Source: Phoronis australis
Taxonomy: Eukaryota > Animalia > Phoronida
Length of the DNA: 64,000 bases
Reading direction: 5' to 3'
NCBI GenBank assembly: GCA_002633005.1
Contig: NMRA01000126.1
Span: forward strand, 801,212-865,211
The notes beneath the pieces are model-generated. The model was not told where the DNA came from, made no database searches, and saw nothing but the letters and a program-made list of their open reading frames with translations. Each line of letters starts with the position of its first letter. Positions within the stretch are counted from its first letter, which is position 1. This document shows positions 26,935-39,600 of this stretch, one piece after another. The translations under genes were made by a program, and so were the position numbers.

Positions 26935-29900
26935 ATGTCATCCTCAGGTGTGCGGGCCCGTGGAACAGATGGTAGTGACTTCCTTCATCGTGAACGCGTG
27001 GCAGATCATTATGCCGTCAGGTGAGTGAATGGCTGTGGGAGGCGTGAATCACTTGGCTGAGGTCAGATTTTCGGTGAGAGTCACTCAGTGAGATTTGTCA
27101 GGTTGTTGGTGTTACTGTACTGTAGTTCGTTGAGCGGTGCTAGGCCTAGACACCTGGCCTATTACCTCAAACCTGTATCTGTTTGTAAATGACTATACCT
27201 CCCAATTCAACCGTGAACATTCTCAGAAGGCACCTGTTTCTTTCTCGTGTACCATCCATAAACCAATGCAAGTGCTCACCGGCTGCTCACAACCTTGCCA
27301 GATAACGTAGCTGGATAGACTAAACAATATCTAATCACTAGTCTAATGCACATAGCTCATGTTGATTCAAGTAAAAACGGCCACATCAGTGACACGCTAC
27401 TTTAGGAGAAGGAATGATTGTGTGAAGGCATTTCTCAACTTCCTTAGCTACTATACTTACATGTTCATAACCTCCTAAACTTTTTGGTTAAATTAGTGCT
27501 AGTGTATTCGATGCTATATGTCCGTGTGGCGTAACAAGGAGTTAATGTGGTGAGTTTACGTCTATGTGCAGGTGAAAGTGTGACCAGTGGGCAAATCACT
27601 GTCACAAACCTTTCCAAGTACGCTGTCACTGGTATTTAACTGCTGCCTCGCATGGGATTTTTTCTCAAAGAAAATACAGTCAAACTAGAAAATCTAGCAA
27701 AACTCAGAGCCCTCTGTTTTGTTTACAGCAATGACGTTAGCACGCACGAACAACTACTCTCACTAGCTAACAAACCACCCCTTCATCTACACAGACTTCG
27801 ACGTATTGCAATAGAAGTATTTAAAATCCTTTATGGTGAATTAACCAAGATACTTCTTTCACTTTTAAAGAAGCAAGAAAACGATTACTCCTTTTGCTAC
27901 AGCAACCTTTTAGATATTACTCAAGTTAAATCTGTCAAATATGGTAAAACATCTTTTTGCTTCGAGGCTGCTCGGGTCTGGAACAGTCTACCGAATGTGT
28001 TGCGCACAACAGAGCCTTTCACTATTTTCCGTGAAGTGATCCGGACCTGGACCGGCCCTGAATGCAGCTGTTCTCTGTGGAAACACTCGAGGTTATGCTG
28101 CAATTAGTGTATGCCATCGTTTCTTTTATGATTTATCTAGATTGTAGCATTTACATGTGTACCTCTTATAGCTTATACTCAGACCCTAGTCTATACTTTA
28201 GCGATTACGACAACTTAACTTTTATTTCGTACAATTATATATCTGTGTTATTCTCCACCTTCAGCTTAAGTTCCATTTTCTTCATGATTCTGTTAAACTT
28301 AATTTCGTAGAAATAGCACAACCGGCTAATGTTAATCTGTTCTTCGAACGATGTGAAATAAAGATTTTTGATTTTTGATTCTTGATTCTTGATAAGCTTC
28401 TTGGAGAGATTGTGAGTGACCTTACTAGTAGACTAACAATTGTACATGGCAAAGGACAGCAATGGCACCAGGTGAATGTTCACGGTTGAAATGGGGAAAA
28501 CCTTGAAGTACAATGCTGTTTATTGGTGTCGTTCTTAACAAATGTAATGGGTGAACATGTTATAGCAATTTAGCTGCAGATAAAGCTGTCTGATGTAAAT
28601 TACCCTCAGATTGAAAAGATTTGAGTTGTCCCGCTGATACTGCTTACTGGGTGGCTACATTGAATATCACTTAAATAGCTTTATACAATAGTGTCACTTG
28701 GGGCGGCAAATAAAATTGCACTGTGATCTAATCATGTCTCGGAATAAATCTTCAGTGTTTTACATAAAATGAACACTGTACAAAATGTTTTAAACCAAAA
28801 ATCAAAAATCTTTCAGTGTTACACAATTAACAAACAGCTTCTAAAATGGCATATTGTCAAGTCTTTTTGAAATGTCTGCAGTTCTCGCTAATGAATTTGG
28901 TAGTGCCGGTATTTGAAAATTATTCACAATATAATAGTCATTGTCAAGGATGTCTGCTGAGAGCACTTAGCTTCATGAATAAATTCTCTTTCTGACCTGT
29001 TGTGAAGCTAGTGTTTTTCCTGCACTCTTACATCAGTCAAAGTTTTGATATACCTACCAAGGTGTTTTCCATTTGTGCTATACACAGTACAGTGCAGAAA
29101 GAGATATTTGAATGGTATTGAAAAAGCTGCACAGCTTATGAAATATGGTAGACGAGTGCTACATACCGTGTGCGCAGCACTTTTTGGGCAATGTTTTTTT
29201 AATTGTGTCAAAAGTGTGATAACCAGTTGTGTTTTCTATCGTGTGTGTCCATCACAAAAACAACCTATTTTGCATTCTTGCAATGAAGTAATTATATAGT
29301 TTGCCTTCAGACTCTTTCTTTGGTCGTGTTGGACCCCTATGTCTGTACCTACACATGTCCTCAAAAGTTTCTTTTGTGTGTAAGCTATGTACTTATTCCA
29401 TTTTTGGGAGTTCAACTTCAAACAAACCAGCAGCTAATTAATTAGCTGTCTGACCACTGTTAAGAATGACAGTCATGTTAATTAGGAAGTGTTGGTTTAC
29501 TATGTACACTGGAGTGTGTGCCTGCCTATGGAATGTGATTGGCTTGTTCTGACAATTTGCTTAAGTATTGAGTATGGACTCTGCAGCTGTGTCAAAAGCT
29601 ATAGAAGTTTTAAGAAGGGGGTGAGTTGCAGTTGATTTGAATTGGGTTTTGGTTGGACAAGTAGTCCTTTGCAGCTGAGCTCAAACTTTGTACAGTGTCA
29701 TCTAGGTGTTATTTGTCAACAACATCCAAGTCAATGCGATTATGATCTTAGAGTTTCGTCAGAGACTGAGAAATCAACCTGTTCATGTACAGCTTTATAA
29801 TAGAAGCTAAGATTGTGAGCTAACATGTTCTCGGAACAACCTCTAAATATTTGCAACAGTGGAAATTGTATTACTTGATTTCAAAATGCTCTGTTTGTTT

Positions 29901-30807
29901 GCTGTAGTGGAAAATTATATTATTAACATTAAAATTATTTTTGGGTATACGTTGGTATGGGTGGTGCAGCACTGAAAAAAGTGGGGACTATAGTTCCCCA
30001 GCCCCCCTCTTATGAAGTGCCCATAGACCATGGGCGGCATAGCGCTGAAAAAAGTTGGGGGTTATAGCCCCCCAGACCCTTGTGGTGTGGCGCCCATGTT
30101 TGGGTGCTGGCCTGTGTTTGTGTGTCACTTAATTGAGTTTACAGTTCCATGAGCCGTGTTGATGAGTGCATGAAACATGTTGTTCTTGTAACCTCTGTTT
30201 GTACTAGTATTTGTGTTGGTGTTTGTGCCAGGCTGTTCAGAACGTGATACCCAGGACACACCCTTGGATCAAATCTGAGTTAGGCAATTGAAACGTCAGT
30301 TAATTGTTGATCATTTCTTATTTCAGTGCTGTCAACAAAAGCCGCCTGCGACTCACCGCTTGCCTTCATTTGGCGGTATCTCTACTCATGGTGACTCGTC
30401 TACTGCCCTACCTGCTCACACTACTCAAAATGAGCGTCCCCCAAAGACTGGCACAGCTGGCTTTACCTGATCCCAATGCCTGGGAGTATGCCTGGTGCGC
30501 TAGTATTTTGGCTTCTATCTTTGGACTGATGTCTTTAGCCAAGAACCGCGTTTTCCTGATACAGCAGTACATCATTGGAACAATCATGTTTGGATTCTTT
30601 CCGGTTGTGTTTGGAATTTACAACCTATTGGATGACCTAACGTTATACATCAACACCAAGCAGTACAGGTCCTCCATTCTTGGAGTTCCATCAGTCATCC
30701 TCTACTGTATGTTTATAGTAATAGCTCTACAAATTCATATCTTTGGTACATACTTCGCCTGTCAACTACTATCATCATGGAAGGGCAAGCGTGTGAAAAC
30801 CAAGTAG
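26935..30807 (+). CDS. JAGN1: Jagunal homolog (ER membrane protein), 2 coding exons
   Basis: Exon 1 26935-27020 '[29 protein letters not shown]' (jagunal signature GTDGSDF.HRE.VA.HY), donor gtgagt, phase 2; exon 2 30327-30807 with 'WEYAW', multiple TM segments and a basic C-tail. Confidence 0.95.
27652..28392 (+). mobile_element. 5'-truncated CR1/L2-type LINE (ORF2 C-terminus, 3' UTR, repeat tail) in JAGN1 intron
   Basis: 'LHLHRLRRIAIEVFKIL...YGKTSFCFEAARVWNSLP..LR' is the typical post-RT C-terminus; ends in aataaa plus (ttytga)n tail at 28357-28392. Confidence 0.85.
29956..30098. mobile_element. Dimeric CATGGGCG-ended mini-MITE
   Basis: Two ~70-bp monomers joined by catagaccatg; flanks gttgg / tttgg; inverted copy at 34669-34801. 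Confidence 0.65.
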
Positions 30808-33670
30808 TTGGCTGCTAACTGTCACCATCTGTAATATGATTTGGTGCAATTTTAATACAGAATTCTTCCGTTTCTTAGAAGCACTGTACATTAAATCTCT
30901 TGCTAAGACAATGTGCATAAATCTGGTCTTCAGTTAAGTTGACAGAGTGCAGTACACTCTTTCACAGTGCTACGAAAGGTACTACTGTCGAATGTTGTTT
31001 AACATGGGTTAAAGTAATGAAAATGATGTCATAACATTCAGTCATTCCCATTGGTTGAAAGTTGGGAAACACCTTTCAAATGAAATATTACAAATCCTAA
31101 TTTGTGTTTTGAAATCGCTGCAGATAGATATGAAGTTTTCGTAAACGTACAATTAGGTTTGTTACATTTTTTAATGTTTACTTGCTTGAATTGAAGGTTA
31201 GAATTCATTATGAAGTTCCTGCCATGGTACAAGCGGAATTTCATGTGTGGTTCATCATGTTTTCACAGGGCCACTTTTCAGTATAGGTTGCGCTGTGTCA
31301 GAGGGTACAGGGTGCAGTTGACTTTGTCTTAGTATGTGTTGTCAGTCCTTCAGATAAGCTGGACAGAATTACTATAAAATCTCACTAATTAAGGACATCA
31401 TTTGGGGGAAAATGAAATTTTATGTTTTTCATTTTTAATGAAAGATAAGCACTGTAGCATGAAGTCTGTGCTTGAATGTTATTTTAAACTTCCATACCAT
31501 AACTAAAATCAAACAATGTATTGAGACATTGTAGTCATTCATGATTCGCAACAAGGTTAGAAACCTTTGAAACAGGAAAAAAAATCAATTTTGTTATTTG
31601 TTTTTGTCCAAAGTTAGTGATATTTTATTCTGAACAGGTCCTTGTATTGTTCTTAAATTCTGTAAATGATAACATGGTATGGTTTGTAATTTTTGTGTGG
31701 TTCACTTAAAACAGTTATAAATGTTGCAACAATCGGTATTAATGTTTAAATGTTACTGTCATGAAAAGATTCTAAACCCTGCTTTGGTGATTTCAAGTAT
31801 CCTTGTTCTGTCCCCTGATTATGCACCATCATGTCTCCTTTGGGTGATAAATGCAATGTTGAACTAAAAACACCAAGTTCATGCATAGGCCACCGTGAGA
31901 TTAAGCAGGATTCCAAGTTCTTGCACAAGAGCCGTTACTTTACCCTCCATATGGGCAACTGAACAACTGAACGAAGGACTGTTAGATAAAAAATTGCGTT
32001 GCACAGTATTTGTTGGAGCTGTGAAGAGTTAAAGGCGTCATCTGCCTTCTAAGGAACCCCTTTGTGTGCAAAAAAGGTTCTTATAGCAACAAGACTTTGA
32101 TGGTATAATCAATGTGAGGCATACTAGTACTCACTACCTTCAGAATGGATCGTGGTTCTTTGTGTGGTTTTCCCATAGCTATTTTACCGGCGCTTTATGC
32201 ATACGTTACACTTGCTGGTTTATGCAAACTTTGTAAGCAATTTTAATACAAACTTTTGAGAGTAGACAGGATTACAAAGCATAATTTTGTTTTGGACAAC
32301 TTTATGGGAAGTAGTTGTTAATGTTACCTTTTATTACGGCAAAACCGGGGTTGGTATCCTTTTAAATGTAATTCTCAGCATGAAAATAATATCAATAATT
32401 TCAGTTTATAGTATTCAGTTGTCTAAATAAATGACAAATTATTCCTTACTTTCTGTGACATCAAAAAGAACGTACTCATGATAATGTTTATGATATAATT
32501 GTCTCATTTCTCGGACTTCGGGAGACACAAAAATACAAATCGATACAAATACGGAACACATTAAACTTCACGGCAATGATTGCAAGCGCATACCTTCTTC
32601 AGTGTATAGACCTAGACATGTAAAAGTTCTTCACTCTTTTTAACAAATACATTGATATTGAGGCTCAGTATCTTCGTTTTTATTGACATTACTTTGTCTC
32701 GCTCTACCATTCAGGATAATTTGACCTGGGCCGTGTTTTTGATAAAATTGCACCACTTCGCAGACGGATTGTTATCAGCAAAAATGCCTGTTCTGCTGAA
32801 CATACGAAAAAGATTTTTATCTTAGTAATTAGGTAAACATTAATGATCAGGGCATTTCTAATTCGTCCAAACGATGAAATATCTTGGTACGAAATTTGCC
32901 CTTAACTACTCCAAAGTTGTCTGGCTTACTTTATACATCTTTGGGCCAACAGGGCCTTAAAGATACTCATTTCTTTATATTCATCATTTTAGAACACTGG
33001 AGCTTCGTCAGTCGAAAGGTATAGCTAAAATATTAACATTTTATAACTTTCAGCTCTGTCCGGCTTGCCTTATTATACAGTTTTTTAAAGCGAGCGAGGT
33101 TTTCGCGGTACTGGACCTAATTACGTACAGTGTATGGCGATAGTTGAGTGAGAACCCACATTGCATGAATCAGTTGTCACAACAGCGATCATTTTAGGTG
33201 GTGGTGCACCATCGAAAACAAAAGTTAAACTGTAAATCATATTTAATTCCATTAAGTTCGATAATGTTCGGAGTTGTGTTAAATGAGTATTATTTGGGCT
33301 GAAGTTTCGACTGAACTAACTTGCGATAAAATCCGTTTATGAAGCGGAAAGAGTAGGCAATGGACGATAGCCATTCTTTCCTGCTATTGTCAGATCATCC
33401 GCACAATTACTGTCATTGAGTTGAGTATGCTCTGCACCGGAGTTCAAGACACCGTTCCAAGGAACATACGTAATTATATCGAACCCGGACTTTAAGGTCC
33501 GTAACTCGGGTAACACTTCATCGTGACGTCAGAACATTGTGCTGCTGGCCTGCATGTGTGCGGGGTTTTGCTGAGTGAGGTTCTTTGTTTTCATTGCTAA
33601 CCGTCACCTAGAGAGCATTATAACATCACCCATATGTTGCCGTAGCATTTGCAGTCAACATTAGCACATT

Positions 33671-36600
33671 ATGTTTGTTCTGGTACTATCGTTTTTATCG
33701 TTGTTTCTTCGCTGGGGGCTGACCAGTTCAGATTATAGTAAGTTAACAACGGAGCAAGTAGATGAATTAGTTGAAAAGACGCTCTCTGAAATATCCTCTG
33801 CCGTAGATGAAATGAACGCTTCCTCTGATGAGAATGGTGAAGACGACGCATCAAATCGAAAGAAAAGGGATGACGAATGTGGAAAGATCTCGTGCTGGTC
33901 TGAATGGTCTGAGTGGACTGAATGTTCGTCTGCTTGCAACAGCGGTCACCAGATCCGATCGCGGACGTGTTTACATGATCGTAGGCGAAAGAGAAGTTCG
34001 TTGGGTGTGTCCACGTGCGAAGGCGATGATCACAGTATCCGCGAGTGCCAAGGCGAAGCGGGGCACTGTGGGGCTCAACACCGGCAACACCCGCCGAGTA
34101 ATGACGAAAGGAAGAGCTCGAAGGAGGAATTGACCGATGGAAAGTTTGAGAAAATATTAAAGATTCTCGACGGGACAACTGGTAGAGATGGTTGGAAAAG
34201 TAAGTAATCTATTACAGCAGCACATTGTAAACTTCAGAGTAGTCACATAATGACCATTCCTCCAAGTGAACTACTTGTTGTGCAAATTAGAAATAAACCC
34301 TCTGAAAACTCACTGCATTATTTGTGCCGGCATTGAAGAGCCACCTGATTTTTTATGGGAATTGATGATTGTCTTTCGCTAAAATTGCGTTGCGTTGCAG
34401 GGCCACGAGTCATAACTTAAAGCTGACCTCTCCATGTCTATGTTGGGAGGTGTTCTTGGCTATCTGACACCCCACTCAAACCAAGAACTGGTTTATTGCT
34501 CTGTCTATCACCATACGTCTGCAATCGGTGACACTGAGGTGCCCAAAGACTTCGAATTTGACTGGCATTCGCACAGCGATGCTTAGATGAGTGTTATTCG
34601 AATTTTTATCGTACAGGAGCAGTTTGCATCATTGCCTACATGGTCGGTGCGGAGAAAGAACCCTTAACCATGGACGGCTCACCATATAGGGGGCTGAGGC
34701 CCCTAGCCCCCGCTTTTTCAGCTCTGCGCTGCCCATGGTCTATAGGCGGTGCACCACAGGGAGGCTAAAGCCCCCATTTTTTCAGTGCTGCGTCGCCCAT
34801 GTGAACGTGTGCTTTGAATAACTGGTTTGTGCTATCTACAGAACTTCACACCTGAAGGCTGCGCGCTACGATCAAAATTTCTGGGTATAGGTGAGACGGA
34901 ACATCACCGCGGTTAGACTCCGCCGTATCTGAGAGGTATAGTACACGGTGGAGACGGCGGATGTGAGGGAATGAACAGATAAAGTTCTTGGTTTGAGCGG
35001 GGTGTCAGTGAGGCTGTGTCGGTACCGACAGCCAAGAATTCCTTACTGTGCAGACATGGCGGTGTGCGATTTAAGTGACCTGCCTCGTGACCCAGGGCTG
35101 TTGAAATATCATAGAACTCTAGTCCGGAGTTATTTAGCAACGCACACAGCAGTGGGCGACCGTCCCAATTTTCGCGGTCATCAGTCAGTCTCAGTAGGAA
35201 CCACACGCCTCGAAAACGTTGGAAGAAATATTGCTGTTTTCAGTGATATTTCAGAAGCCTTGCGGGGTTAACTTGAAACAAAATATCTGGCAAGAGAATT
35301 TCTGTATTAAGGATTTTTTGCAACCTTCTTTTGTTCCCGTTATTTGAAGCTGTTGAGCTTTATCGATCCACACTTTTGTTGGAGTACCCCATGGTATATG
35401 TTTTCCAAAGAAAGGACAAATTTGGAATAAAATGTTTTCTTGAAAAATATTTATTATTATAAAACCGCTGGAAACACTGACAAAGTTATAATAGGGGAAA
35501 AAAAAACGTTTATTAAGCGACTGTCTGCTACAGTGTTCTCAAGTGAATTTTTCCTTAGCGAATTTATCGATGATGTCTTCAAAGTAAAATGAGTCTAATT
35601 CGTCTTTCAAGGCATTAGAGTAGTCCCCCGACCTTGATTCACCGTTCATCATAGGCAACTTTTAACTATCTTCATGGTCAATGTGTTCTATCGAAATTGG
35701 AACCCCTGTGTAAAAGAGGTATCCTAAAGTCGAAAACATACTCCCGCACCTTCAAAACAGCTAACCAGCCCGAAAAACACGAACCCCGACCTTTAAAGCA
35801 GGAAACCCCGGGATCGAACAGGAAACCTAGGAACCGAAAAACCTTACCCAGTACCTTAGTCTTGTAACCTGTAGTTTGTGGCCATACAGCATGTAGACCT
35901 ATCAATTTCCCATTATGATGAAAAATCAATCTTTCTACTTTAAATAGTTGTGACATGTTGTTTTACTATATGAGAATTTTAGACAACTTATGACTGATTG
36001 GAGTTTTACCATTCTTCTGGTGCTAAAGTTGTGGTGCGATCTTTTGACTCCGCTTTCGACGCCATGAAATATTCCATCACTTATTTGCCAGTTTTTTTCT
36101 TCTACATTTCTTCAATTTACTATTCGTCTTCCACAAGGTTGCGTACATGTCACAACAAATTATCGAAACTGGTTTCATTTCGTTTTTAGTATTTTAATAC
36201 CATTAACTAAATATTCACCGAGATTATCAACGTGTTGAGAGTATGTTGAAATTCACCCACAGACAAATTACGCCAGTTTTACGGATAAAAATCAAATCAC
36301 AATGGAGTCAAGTTGAAATCGGTGCAACGTTTCAGCAAACATCATTGGTTAGGAAGCCGACCTGAGAGTTCAAATCAGTGCGTGAACACGGACACATTGA
36401 CGGGTGAAAAAAGGCAACTTTGGCCGAAAACATGCCTGGAATGCAACATCATTCCTGGATTCTTAATACTCGTGACGAGTGTACTGAACAACGTATCGTT
36501 AATGTTGGTTTGGCTCTTACTCAGTTTTAACCGGTTGTACCAAACTTTCTTAGAAATTAATGATAGAGCCATCTTAGTATGAAATGCACCTTCGATAATA

Positions 36601-39600
36601 AACGTCAGTGTAGGCTTACGTATTAAATGTGTATTGCAGGAAACTGTGAACATTCCGTTTGGAGCAGCTGGTCGCAATGTTCTGATACATGCGGAGAAGG
36701 AACTAAATCGAGAAAGAAGGCTTGCATGGATGAGCAGGGTGTAAAATGCAACGAAACCTTGTGTAAAGGACAAGGAGAAGAATCAATGATCTGTAACCGC
36801 GGAAAGAACGGGAAATGTGATCATAAAGCCGGGTTGACTATACGGAAGGTGAGAGCAAGCAACTGGCAGAGGAGAGACGCTGAGCAAGGTGAGTTGTCTG
36901 GGATCTGTCTGTGTCAGATAGTGGACATTTCTACTACTCTCCAGTCTTATTTTTGATCTCCAACACTCCAACCTCTCAATCAACCGCACAAGGATCATTA
37001 TTGAAATTTACAGATGTATTTCCATTAAGTAGATCATGGCTGATGCTGATTTTAAGCCAGCTTTGACTTCTTTTGCGCCCCAGCTAGTGGCGATGTTTGA
37101 GTCTCCGGCTGTACCCCGGCCTTTGACCAGAAGGATCCTTATGACATTTGGCTAGTGTCTTCCTCATGAAAATGTTAATGTTTGACCACGACTTTGGAGT
37201 GAATCTGACTACCGCTGTTCCCCTTATTGTTAATTTTAGTTTTTTATGTTTGCGTTTGTATCAAAATTTCCAGACGAGTGTTCATAAAATATTAAGATAG
37301 AGAGAACAGCCGCGTGTTGTGACTTGTATTGTTGTCGCCCGGGCAACAGTTGTGTGGATGTTAATGGCATGTATTGGCGTGCACCTCTATGCATCAAACC
37401 ACCCAAAAAATCATTATGGAAATTGACTGATGTGTTCATTCTGACAAGAGGACGTTGATTTTTGACGTTGCCGACTACTGTGGCGACCTCATTTTGTTGC
37501 ATCTGCGGCTTTATCTTCTATGGCCCTTGCTATTACAGTCTTTGTCTCCTAGATCATAACGCTTAATCGTCGTGAAAGACCGTCCGGAGTAAATATGGTG
37601 CAACTCGGGACGGTCTGGGGTCTACAGAAAACCACAGTTCAACTGTGGGTCTACACCATAAACGAGTGTAGTTCTACTTGCTGTGTCAGCTGCTGGTATG
37701 CTTATCGCTTTTATGACACACAATGTGTGACTGGGCAAAGCGTTTTCAAAATAACTGTGGATAAGTCAGTGGAGTGTGAGACCCCTGAGGTCCCTGTCAA
37801 GTCCTCACGGCAATTTTACGTGCTTGAGGCAACTTGATGTTTTGCGTTTGCGCCTGAATGTTAAGATTTCCTTGACGGATTTTCATGAAATGTGCTAAAT
37901 AGTTTTCTATCAGAGACACGACAATTAATGCTTTCCCATTGTCGGACGAGTTTGGCGTATTCTGGGCAATCTATTAGCAAGGAGCCTAGTACTACACTCC
38001 TTGCTATCAGTGTCCATTATTGTGATACTAATAAACACCCATAGAAACATTGCCATTTCCGGTGCTATCGTGGGCGCATTTCAGAGCTTCGCCTTGCTCT
38101 TGTAGATTATGAGGACGATGAAGAAGAAGACGATATTTCAGATCCAAAAATAAAAGAAGTGCTGAAAGTATTGAATGAATCGTTTTATTCTACGAAACCA
38201 ACAGGGATCACGACCACATCCACACCAGCTCCGACGCGTAAGTTCTTTTTATAAGAAAACATCCGGGGGACCTGGCCATCATCGCCATCGCCACTTCCAC
38301 CACCACTTTCAACATCGGGTGGGAGGCGTAAGTGATCTGTTTCGAGAAACATTCCCGTATCCCCGATGACATAAGACACGGTGGTTACCAATGCAATAGT
38401 TTGATGGGATTTGCGTTGGCAATTTGGATGTGCACTCTTTTCAAAACAGACCAGGTGCATATTGATGAAGTGAAAAATCGATCAATATACGAAAGCGTCG
38501 AGAAAATTATTTCATAGTCTGAACAGAGTTGACGCGAACAAATAAACCATAGACTGTGATATTATTTTTGTGTTCTGGGCTTTGCGAAGGATTTTTCTAA
38601 GTTCAATGAATGGAAATGTCCTGCACTGGGACCACCACCACCACCACCAGTCATCGTGTGGGCCCTGTCCGTCACTATTTTCCACTAAAAATTATTACAC
38701 GACCACTGATACTTCTAGCTTCTGTGAAACGCAGTATGACAACTTCCCTTATGAAGTGATGTTGACCAGTTAGCTGTGGAATAAAACTTTCTTTCTCACC
38801 ACCCTAACGTCAGATGTCGCTATTCACGATCTCACTAATTACAGGGCGCAGAAATTAAAAACCCCTGACAAAGAATGCAGACGATGGCTACAAAAACTGG
38901 TAAACACATGCCAAGTTAATAAGAAACGAAGAAATTAGAGGAAAGTAACATGATCAGTGTTTGAATAATAAAACAAATAATTTTCAACCTACTTCAGATT
39001 CACATCTTCACTAGGCCTATACATGTATGTTGTTATAACCTTCATCTTTACAACGTTTAAACTGATGAAGTTTATAGCCACCGCGCTTATTATTCGATTT
39101 CTAAATAGCATTGGCCAAAGAAAAACATGCTGTCAGTTGTGTTTAGTCAAGCTATCATAGTGATACGGAGTTAGCCTGCAAGTACCACTTTAAAGCTTCA
39201 AGTTCGAGTCAGATCTTGGAATTTTGAGTGAAACTCGGGATTTCGAGATGCAATCGAGTTTAGCTCAAATCTATGAATCGTCAAGTGTGAACTTTGACAT
39301 TCATGTTATTAATGTGCATATTGACTTTGTATCAAAACAGAAGCGAGAATGTCAAAAATAACTTCGGGCGAGATTGCGAGTACAAAGATTTGACCGCGGA
39401 CCCTCTTCTTATCGACCTGGGGCGAGCAATGTTGGAACATTGCTCCGCTGAGGCCTGTAAGACCTTATATCAATCTCAGGATCGGTGCGTTATTTCTTTG
39501 TGTATTATATAGAAAGCGTGTTTACTATCCCTGTGTATTTCAGATCGTTATGACCCCATCACAGACAGAAAAATTGAAGCCTTGTTAAACACTCTAGCCA

